Assembly: GCA_963778945.1 (NCBI GenBank)
Contig: CAVZWL010000019.1
Location: 128,082-192,081 of the forward strand
Reading direction: 5' to 3'
Origin: Ignavibacteriota bacterium
GTDB taxonomy: Bacteria; Bacteroidota; Ignavibacteria; UBA10030
Length of the DNA stretch: 64,000 nucleotides
Shown here in pieces: positions 40,728-47,963 of the stretch (position 1 is its first letter; each line of letters begins with the position of its first letter). Both the position numbers and the translations under genes were made by a program. The notes beneath the pieces were generated by a model. It was not told the DNA's origin. It saw nothing but the letters and a program-made list of their open reading frames with translations, and searched no databases.

Positions 40728-40982
40728 ATGAAGCGTCTGATAAGAGTATTCGAGCGGTCGTTAGCCATCGCAATCATTGTAGAATTCTGTCTCTGGTTGA
40801 TAAGGATATTGTTCCCATCCAAGCCGTTCATACGGGAAATTTATTTTTATGCCCATGTGCCGAGTCGCTTTATTGTTCAGCTTCTGAGGCTCGGGTCATA
40901 TGAACTCATGTATATAGTTGTAAATATGGTCATCATCATGATTATCATATCTCCATTGGTCTTTAAATATCATCGAAAATAG
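40728..40982 (+). CDS. small hypothetical membrane protein
   Basis: GGAGG RBS 10 nt upstream; 84 aa with two hydrophobic helices. Followed by a strong hairpin. Confidence 0.5.
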   Translation: MKRLIRVFERSLAIAIIVEFCLWLIRILFPSKPFIREIYFYAHVPSRFIVQLLRLGSYELMYIVVNMVIIMIIISPLVFKYHRK

Positions 40983-41000
40983 AATACTCCCGATTATAAA

Positions 41001-41033
41001 AACCTTATCAAGGATTCAACCTTGATAAGGTTT
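41001..41033 (+). terminator. hairpin terminator
   Basis: 13-bp perfect stem AACCTTATCAAGG / CCTTGATAAGGTT with a 6-nt loop, followed by TTT. Confidence 0.7.
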
Positions 41034-41345
41034 GCAATCTGCGAAATCCATCATCTGCGTACAAATCTGCAGCCGGAGGCCTGCCCGCATTGCGGCGAAG
41101 CCGACTGTTGGCGCAGTCACGCAGGCGGGCCTGAGAATTCACATTTCTAAAATCGCAATCCGTATAAAATCAATGTAACCTGTGCAATCTGTCATCTGCG
41201 TTCAATCCGTGCAATCTGTCATCTGCGTTAACTCAATGTAACCTGTGCCATCACTGTCTGCGTTCAATCTGTGCAATCTGTCATCTGCGTTAAATCAGTG
41301 TAATCTGTGTAATCATCTGTGCAATCTGCATAATCAAAGTGTAAC
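41034..41345. repeat. heptad-phased mosaic repeat array with 63-nt higher-order unit
   Basis: The perfect 21-mer GTGCAATCTGTCATCTGCGTT occurs at 41182, 41209 and 41271, with a degenerate copy at 41245. CAATGTAACCTGTGC occurs at 41171 and 41234. Units 41171-41233 (63 nt) and 41234-41295 (62 nt) are tandem paralogs. Confidence 0.85.
41084..41133. other. 50-nt GC-rich hairpin-forming insertion bounded by GGCCTG direct repeat
   Basis: Present between ...GCAGCCGGAGGCCTG and AGAAT in the left repeat copy, but absent from the paralogous right copy (41989-42007). About 72% GC versus AT-rich surroundings. Predicted outer stem GGCCTGCCCGC/GCAGGCGGGCC plus two inner hairpins. Confidence 0.6.
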
Positions 41346-41374
41346 TTCTTTCCTCTCCTTACGTAAGATATGGC

Positions 41375-41779
41375 ATGAACAATAAAGAAAGGACGGACGA
41401 TATGAAAAAGGCAATCACTCTCTCCGGACTTGTTTTTCTTTTTTTCTTATTGACGGCATTCACGACAAACAACATATCGCCGCTTGAAGGAAAATGGGTG
41501 GGAGAATTTAAAGGGACGGCAGGAACGGTTCAGGTCCAAACACGTTTCTGGACGGAAAACGATGAACTCGTTGGAACGATGGATTTTCCAGGGGAAAATC
41601 TCTATGATCTTAAGATGTCATTCATCATCATAGAAGCTTCTTCTGTGCATTTTGAGGTCGTAAAGAATAACGAAGCTCTTGCTTTTGAAGGCAAATTGAT
41701 CTCCAATCAGATTGTCGGGGAATTTTCCACTAAAACGGGAAAAGGCGTTTTCGGTTTTTCGAGAGTGAAGAATTTGTAG
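41375..41779 (+). CDS. hypothetical secreted protein
   Basis: 134-aa ORF; alternative ATG at 41402 gives MKKAITLSGLVFLFFLLTAF. Followed by a LEGKWVGEF...beta-rich domain. Flanked on both sides by repeat arrays. Confidence 0.6.
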   Translation: MNNKERTDDMKKAITLSGLVFLFFLLTAFTTNNISPLEGKWVGEFKGTAGTVQVQTRFWTENDELVGTMDFPGENLYDLKMSFIIIEASSVHFEVVKNNEALAFEGKLISNQIVGEFSTKTGKGVFGFSRVKNL

Positions 41780-42065
41780 TCATAAAAGCGTAGTTCTTGG
41801 TTCGTAGTGCTTAGTTCGTAGTTCATTGTTATGAGAGGAACAAATTATATCATAACCTTGAACCTTGCACGAATAACCTTATACCTTCATCCTTCATCCT
41901 TCATAATTTATAATTCATCATTCGCCATCTGTGTCATCTGCGAAATCCGTCATCTGCGTTAAATCTGTGCAATCTGAGCAATCATCTGCAGCCGGAGGCC
42001 TGAGAATGTTATTTCGTGTTAACGAAATTCAATATTTCTTTAAACATAATCTGTGCAATCATATT
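41777..42065. repeat. heptad-phased mosaic repeat array starting at the stop codon of the preceding gene
   Basis: 41790-41824: GTAGTTC TTGGTTC GTAGTGC TTAGTTC GTAGTTC. 41854-41923: ten in-phase heptads AACCTTG AACCTTG CACGAAT AACCTTA TACCTTC ATCCTTC ATCCTTC ATAATTT ATAATTC ATCATTC. NATCTG-type heptads follow to about 42062. Confidence 0.85.
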
Positions 42066-42192
42066 GCAAACAATAAGAGCTTTGGCTACATTTTGATAGT
42101 ACGGGTTGAGGATATTGAGCAGCACAGGTATCACCATCCTGACGATACATCTAAAAATAGTTTTAGCCATCAAACAGAAAAAGGATTTTCTG

Positions 42193-43116
42193 ATGGAGAA
42201 TAAGTTCATAAAATCACCTTTCCTTTTTATAACCATGGCGGCGCTGATTCATTTTTCATCCTCACCTGTTATGGGCCAAGCCGCGTCTCCGGTGGAAGCG
42301 TCCAATGAAGATCAATATAAGCTGTATTTCAAAGAGGCGGATGAACATCTCGGTAAGTTCGAATTTGAGGCATCGATTAAGAGTTGTGAATCCGCGCTGC
42401 GCTATAAACCGGACGATTTTCTGATTCGGGCGATGATGTGCCTTGATTGCTATGAAATAGCAGAACGTTTGGACGTCCATAAGTCCGCCGACAAAGACAA
42501 AAAGATAGAACTTTACACGAAAATGATAACGATTGCAGAGGAAGGCATTAAGTGCGCTCCCGATAAGGGCGAATGCTATTTTATGCGCGGATTGGCCAAT
42601 GCAAGAATGTCTACAACGAAAGGTGTGTTGTCGCAGCTCTTTACGGCAAAGCAGATCGAGAAAGACTGGCTTGTTGCAGTAGATCGGAAATCCGACTACG
42701 TGACACCGAACGGTGAAAATCTTCAGGCATCCAGTTGTTTAGCGCTGGGAGTGTATTACCGCTTATGCCCCACATTTTTCCTGCTCAAATGGATTTTTGG
42801 AATCAGCGGTAATCTCGACAAAGCAGTCGATTACTGTCGAAAAGCATTAGTGCTTGATTCCACCCGGATAGAAATCGTCAAAGAGTTCGGCGTAGCGCTT
42901 ATAACACGCGGTCTTGATAAGGACAATTCCAAAGATGTTGAAGAGGGAAAAGAGTATCTCAAAAAGGTTTTTACATTGCCCTGGCGGCTCCAGACGGACA
43001 GCATTGATGTCGCTCATAGTACCATGCTGCTCAATAACATAAAACTCTGTCCCGGTTATTCGCGAGACGATGAACAGGATGTTTCCGAGGAATCGTTTAA
43101 GAAGTCACAAAAATAA
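42193..43116 (+). CDS. TPR-like repeat protein with signal peptide
   Basis: ATG 42193 gives MENKFIKSPFLFITMAALIHFSSSPVMGQA. Helical-repeat composition (EADEHLGKFEFEASIKSCESALRYKPDD...). Confidence 0.65.
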   Translation: MENKFIKSPFLFITMAALIHFSSSPVMGQAASPVEASNEDQYKLYFKEADEHLGKFEFEASIKSCESALRYKPDDFLIRAMMCLDCYEIAERLDVHKSADKDKKIELYTKMITIAEEGIKCAPDKGECYFMRGLANARMSTTKGVLSQLFTAKQIEKDWLVAVDRKSDYVTPNGENLQASSCLALGVYYRLCPTFFLLKWIFGISGNLDKAVDYCRKALVLDSTRIEIVKEFGVALITRGLDKDNSKDVEEGKEYLKKVFTLPWRLQTDSIDVAHSTMLLNNIKLCPGYSRDDEQDVSEESFKKSQK

Positions 43117-43178
43117 GAAATTTTGACTGAATAGGAAGTAACTATTGGCATGTTATTTAATGATCATTTTTCCTGTAG

Positions 43179-43197
43179 CCGCGGTCGGTGACCGCGG
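43179..43197 (+). terminator. GC-rich hairpin downstream of the TPR gene
   Basis: CCGCGGT / ACCGCGG 7-bp stem with a 5-nt loop. The T tract is weak. Confidence 0.35.
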
Positions 43198-43267
43198 AAA
43201 TTGAGTTTTCAATGGAATTCCGGTGATGGCCGCCTTGAAAAACATACGCCCGCAACTTTATAAAACC

Positions 43268-43326
43268 CCACCTTCCGAAGGTGGCCTTCCGAAGGTGGCC
43301 TTCCGAAGGTGACCTTCGGAAGGTGG
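43268..43326. repeat. tandem 14-nt palindromic repeats (4 units)
   Basis: CCTTCCGAAGGTGG at 43271 and 43285, CCTTCCGAAGGTGA at 43299, and the inverted variant CCTTCGGAAGGTGG at 43313. The first copy forms CCACCTT-CCG-AAGGTGG. Confidence 0.85.
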
Positions 43327-43399
43327 TATGGAACGAAGTCAATTGATGGTTATAGATATTCTTCTCGTTTTTACATTCACTATTCACCATTTACCGCTC

Positions 43400-44012
43400 T
43401 CAGCCATTCTGAAATTTCAATAAATCGCCGATCGTATAAACATCATGCCGCTGCTGGACATAGGAAAGATATTTGATGAGCACTAAAGCCGTTGCGTAGG
43501 CATCGCCGGAGGCGCGGTGCCGGTCCGGAATTTTAATACCTAATGCCTGTGTGACAGGTCCAAGCGATTTGCTGCGGAGATGCGGAAGTATTCGCTTGCT
43601 TAGTTTAACCGTGCAGAGCTGATCGTTCTTCAATGCTAATTGTCTCTCCCGTAAAGCTGTCTCTGAAACAAATCCCCAATCGAATTGCGCATTGTGCGCT
43701 ACAAAGATCGAATCCTGCAAGAACTCTGCGATATGCGGCACTACTTCGCGTGCGGGCGGGGCATCATGCACCATAAGATTGTCTATACCTGTGAGTGTCG
43801 TTATTTCGGCTGGAATAGGTACCAAGGGATTGATAAGCGTGGAAAATTCGTCGATCAAAATATTGTCCCGCACTTTCATCATAGCAATTTCAGTTATGCG
43901 GTCCGACATGTCGGACTAAGCCCCGTGGTTTCGACGTCGACTACGACGAATGTCGTTTCCGCTATGAGCAGTTCGGATTTCACGACGATGGTGTTCTCTT
44001 TTTCGGCTGCAT
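43400..44012 (-). CDS. DEDDh 3'-5' exonuclease (DnaQ/epsilon-like), two frameshifts
   Basis: ORF 43400..43909 has ExoII FVAHNAQFDWGF and ExoIII HRASGDAYAT. ExoI TTFVVVDVETTGLSP and the start MQPKK (ATG 44012) lie upstream in other frames. Junctions near 43915 and 43990. Confidence 0.8.
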
Positions 44013-44022
44013 TTCCTGATCT

Positions 44023-45793
44023 TTATATTGAAGCTCGTATAGCTTTCTGATAAATGCCATTCAATGTCAGAAGCTGCTGGTGCGTGCCCATTTCCCGAAT
44101 TTCTCCCTTATGCATAACGATAATTTTATCAGCTTTCTGTATCGTCGAAAGCCGGTGCGCGATAACGATGGATGTGCGTCCTTTCAGCAGATTCCGTATT
44201 GCTTTTTGAACCAGCAGTTCGGTTTCCGTATCTACGCTCGATGTCGCTTCATCCAGAACGAGTATGCGCGGGTTGTACGCCAATGCGCGGGCGAATGAAA
44301 GAAGCTGTTTCTGCCCTCCGGAAAGCGTCGCCCCGCGTTCTCTGACGATGCCGTCATAGCCGCCGGTTAGTTCTTCAATGAATTTATTTGCTCCGACCAT
44401 GCGCGCCGCAGCCTTATGCGGTCGAAAGGAATTTGTTCGTTACCGAGACTGATATTGTTTCTGATATCGCCGGAAAAAAGAAAAACATCCTGCAGCACGA
44501 CTCCGATATGTTTGCGAAGATCGGCGGGAGCCGTATGCTGAATGTTAATCCCATCGATTAAAATTTCCCCCTGCTGTATGTCGTAGAATCTGCTCAAAAG
44601 GCTGATGATGGTGGTTTTGCCGGCTCCCGTGTGACCTACAATGGCCACCGTTTCTCCCTGCTTAATGGAAAATGAAACGTTCTTTAGAATCCACTCGGGA
44701 GATTTGACGACCGTCGGCAGGCGGGTTATAAGCAAACCAGACATTCTTGAATTCGATATCGCCGCGAACATGTCCGAGCGGAACCGGATTCGGGTGAACC
44801 GGAAGCAGCGTCGTATCGTCCAGAAGCTGGAAAATACGTTCGGAAGAAGCCATGGCGGTCTGGAGAATGTTGTATTTTTCGGACAGATCGCGGATAGGAC
44901 GCCAGAACATTTCATTGAACTGGACGAAAGCTATCACCGTGCCGACCGTTACGGCTCCGTGCAGGGCGTTGGCTCCGGCGTACCAAATGATAAGACCGAC
45001 TGCAACAGCGCCGATAATGTCGACTCCCGGATAGAAAACCGCATAATAGAAAATGGAACGGATATTTGCATCGCGATGCGCAGCATTGATTTCGGAAAAT
45101 TTATCGAAGGATTTCTGTTCCCGGTTGAAAAGCTGATCCACGAGCATGCCGGTAATATGTTCCTGCATAAACGTATTAATGCGGGCAATTTGACGGCGAA
45201 CGTCGCGGTACGCTTCCCGCGCTTTTTTACGGAACAGGAAACGTACCGTAGAATAAAAATGGAAGGACGCTCAAGGTGACGAGTGACAGCATCCAGTTCA
45301 TGGTGAACATGAAATAAAAAATACCGATAATCGTAAAAACATCGCTGAAAACCATGACGATGCCCGACGAGAACATTTCGTTCAAAACCTCGACGTCGTT
45401 CGTAACGCGTGTAATCAACCGTCCGATGGGATTGCGGTCGTAGAACTTCAAGGATAGAGCTTGCAGATGCCGGTAAATCTCCATGCGCAGGTCGAAGATA
45501 GTCTTTTGTCCGATCCATTGCGTCAAATACGCGTTGAAATATTGAATGATTCCGCGGACAAGTATCACGGTAAGGAAAAGCAGCGCCGTGTTTAAGAGCC
45601 CGTGCTTGTCCCCGTATGCTATGTTCTTATCCACCGCCATTTTGGTAAAATATGGACGGACTGCTTCCAGGGCGCTGACCAAAAGACTCAAGAGAATGCC
45701 TAGAGCCACCTGCCAGCGGTACGGTTTAAGATATTTGATGAGCCGCTTCATCAGCCGCGCATCGTATGCTTTTCCTAAAATTTCTTCTTCCAT
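44023..45793 (-). CDS. ABC exporter permease/ATPase fusion (second half-transporter of a heterodimer), three frameshifts
   Basis: Four consecutive fragments: TMD (ORFs 45227..45793 and 44662..45168), then NBD with Walker [10 protein letters not shown] (44367..44915), then LSGGQKQ signature and Walker [10 protein letters not shown] (44023..44400). Junctions near 45238, 44720 and 44400. Confidence 0.88.
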
Positions 45794-45800
45794 GAAGAGC

Positions 45801-45891
45801 CGTAAATTGTAAACTGTGAACTGAAAACTGTAAACTGTAAACTGAAAACTGTTAACAGCAACTACGAACTACGAACCAAGAACTAATGAAC
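45801..45891. repeat. 13 perfectly phased heptads filling the spacer between the two ABC genes
   Basis: + strand: CGTAAAT, then TGTAAAC TGTGAAC TGAAAAC TGTAAAC TGTAAAC TGAAAAC TGTTAAC (45808-45856), then AGCAACT ACGAACT ACGAACC AAGAACT AATGAAC (45857-45891). Confidence 0.9.
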
Positions 45892-47654
45892 TATTCTATG
45901 GTTTCGAGTTCATGTTCCAGCAATTGCTTTTTATTTATATCTGCATAGACTCCGTCGAGCTTCACAAGTTCGTCATGTGTTCCGCGCTCGACAATTTCTC
46001 CGTCTTCAAGAACGACGATAAGATCGGCTTCCTTGACGGTCGATATTCTGTGACTGATGATGATGCTTGTGCGGCCTTTCATAAAATCCCGCAGGCGGCT
46101 GAGTATCTGCTCTTCCGTATAAGTATCGACCGCAGAGAGAGCGTCGTCCAGAATCAATATTTTCGGCTGCCGCATAATAGCCCGCGCGATGCTTGTGCGC
46201 TGCTTTTGTCCTCCGGAGAGCGTAATGCCGCGCTCGCCGATGGTTGTTTCGTAGCCGAGCGGAAATTCCGGAAGATCTTTGGCTATTTGCGATATCTCGG
46301 CAGCGGAGACTGTCAATTCCTGATTACCGTGATCGACGCCGTAACGAATGTTCTCCGCTATGGTGTCGGAAAAAAGGAATGTTTCTTGAGGCACAAATCC
46401 GATTGCAGAGCGGAGTACATTGAGCGGAATAAGTTTGCTCTTTATGCCGTCGATCAAGACTTCGCCTTCGGTTATGTCGTACAGCCGTGGGAGAAGATTG
46501 ACAAGTGTCGTCTTTCCGGCGCCGGTATGGCCGACAAGTGCAACCGTTTGACCGGCTTCGATCTTCAGGTTAATGTTCTTCAGCGTCGGACGATTTGCAT
46601 TCTTATGAGTAAAAGTAACACCGTGGAATTCGACCGATCCTTTGATGTCCGTAATTGAATGATTCGTTGTTTCTGTGTCCTGAATGTCCGGCACAGTATC
46701 GAAAATGGCGGCGATGCGTGCCATGGATGCGGCACCCTGCTGGAGAATATTCGTAACCCACCCGAAAGCAATCATCGGCCAGATGAGCATGGAAAGATAC
46801 GTAATAAACGCGGTCAGCGTACCGACAGTGATATGCCCGTCGATGACGCGCATACCGCCGAAGTAAATGGTGGTGACCATGGAAACACCCACCAAAATAA
46901 ACATAAGCGGCCACATAATAGACTGCGCTCGTGCAAGAACAAGATTCTTTTTCAGGTAATCCCAGCTTAAGGCGTAAAATCTTTTTTCTTCATACGCTTC
47001 CCGTACGTACGATTTGATGACCCGAATTCCGGAAAGAGTTTCCTGCGCATGCGTCGTAAGGAGTGAAAACTGTTCCTGCCGTTCCGTAAATTTTTTATTG
47101 ATCAGCTGTCCCAATTTATAGACGGCAAAAGAAACGAACGGCATGGGAATGAGCGCAATGAGTGTCAATCGCCAGTCGCTGACGAACATCATCGACAAAA
47201 CCATCAGGAGCGTCATAAACGTATCGGTCGGGTACATAATGCCGGGACCGACCGCATTGCGGACTGAATTAATGTCGTTGGTAGCATGCGCCATCAAATC
47301 GCCTGTGGGCGTGTTCTGGAAATAGGAATACGAAAGTTTTTGCAGGTGTGCCAGCAGGTCATTGCGGAGATCGAATTCCATGTGCCGCGATGCAACGATG
47401 ATGGTCTGCCGCGTGAGGAATGTAAAAAAACCAGCCACGAGAGCGGAAAGGACAATCAATCCGGCCCAGAAAAGAAGGTCGCTCCATACGGCGCTCCCGG
47501 TTTCCATTCCGCGTTTCAGTCCATCAACTGCATAACCGAGGAATTTCGGCTGGACCACAGTAAAGAAATTGCTGATGATGACAGTAAGAAGTCCCATAAA
47601 AAGGATTTTCTTTGAACGGAGTATATATGGTTTGAGGCGTAAAAGAGCATGCAT
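45891..47654 (-). CDS. ABC exporter permease/ATPase fusion (MsbA/multidrug-type), intact
   Basis: 587 aa. Six-helix TMD, Walker [10 protein letters not shown], signature LSGGQKQR, Walker B ILILDDALS, H-loop IISHR. Confidence 0.92.
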   Translation of the reverse strand: MHALLRLKPYILRSKKILFMGLLTVIISNFFTVVQPKFLGYAVDGLKRGMETGSAVWSDLLFWAGLIVLSALVAGFFTFLTRQTIIVASRHMEFDLRNDLLAHLQKLSYSYFQNTPTGDLMAHATNDINSVRNAVGPGIMYPTDTFMTLLMVLSMMFVSDWRLTLIALIPMPFVSFAVYKLGQLINKKFTERQEQFSLLTTHAQETLSGIRVIKSYVREAYEEKRFYALSWDYLKKNLVLARAQSIMWPLMFILVGVSMVTTIYFGGMRVIDGHITVGTLTAFITYLSMLIWPMIAFGWVTNILQQGAASMARIAAIFDTVPDIQDTETTNHSITDIKGSVEFHGVTFTHKNANRPTLKNINLKIEAGQTVALVGHTGAGKTTLVNLLPRLYDITEGEVLIDGIKSKLIPLNVLRSAIGFVPQETFLFSDTIAENIRYGVDHGNQELTVSAAEISQIAKDLPEFPLGYETTIGERGITLSGGQKQRTSIARAIMRQPKILILDDALSAVDTYTEEQILSRLRDFMKGRTSIIISHRISTVKEADLIVVLEDGEIVERGTHDELVKLDGVYADINKKQLLEHELETIE

Positions 47655-47661
47655 AAATAAA

Positions 47662-47830
47662 TTAAGAATTCAGATTTAAGAATACAGAATGAATAAAAAA
47701 AGGTAATAAAGAAGCCATATTCAGAATATAGAACGAAGAGAAGGTGCTTAAAGTTTCAGAATTTAGGATCAAGAATATCGTATTCAGAATATTGAACATA
47801 GTAAACGGCAATGTAAATTGAAGTAAGTTT
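47662..47830. repeat. A-rich heptad-phased tract upstream of the ABC operon
   Basis: TTAAGAA TTCAGAT TTAAGAA TACAGAA TGAATAA (47662-47696). TTCAGAAT then recurs at 47720, 47755 and 47783, spacings of 35 and 28 nt (multiples of 7). Confidence 0.7.
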
Positions 47831-47963
47831 TTCAAAAACCGATAAAAATAAAAACGATAGTAATATCATCGCTCGGGCTTCATAAAATCTCTCTCTGTTC
47901 AGCATTGGCAAATGGGGAGAGGCTCTTTTATGAAGGGATTTTGTAAATAGAGCATTTTAAAAA

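Noticed and set aside
41171-41295. Possible CRISPR array suggested by the thrice-repeated 21-mer
   Set aside because: The repeats are 21 nt and the intervening segments (6 and 41 nt) are themselves repeat-derived, not unique spacers. There is no leader and there are no cas genes. It is a tandem or higher-order repeat, not CRISPR.
43157-43390. 77-aa minus-strand ORF
   Set aside because: It is composed almost entirely of the 14-nt palindromic repeats and heptad words (translation PSEGHLRKATFGRWG...). No RBS. Non-coding.
40983-43400. Genomic island or mobile element carrying the small secreted protein and the TPR protein
   Set aside because: It is flanked by direct repeats and looks accessory. 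However, there is no integrase, transposase, tRNA target or terminal inverted repeat, and the flanking repeats belong to the local heptad family. Only the 50-nt insertion is retained as a finding.
45912-46658. 248-aa plus-strand ORF inside the intact ABC exporter gene
   Set aside because: It is an antisense shadow of a gene with complete Walker/signature motifs. The same reasoning applies to 19204..19863 (atpA), 10319..10867 (GDSL), 49495..50235 (RmlD-like/dapD), 54227..54916 (PfkB) and 36423..36941 (acylase).
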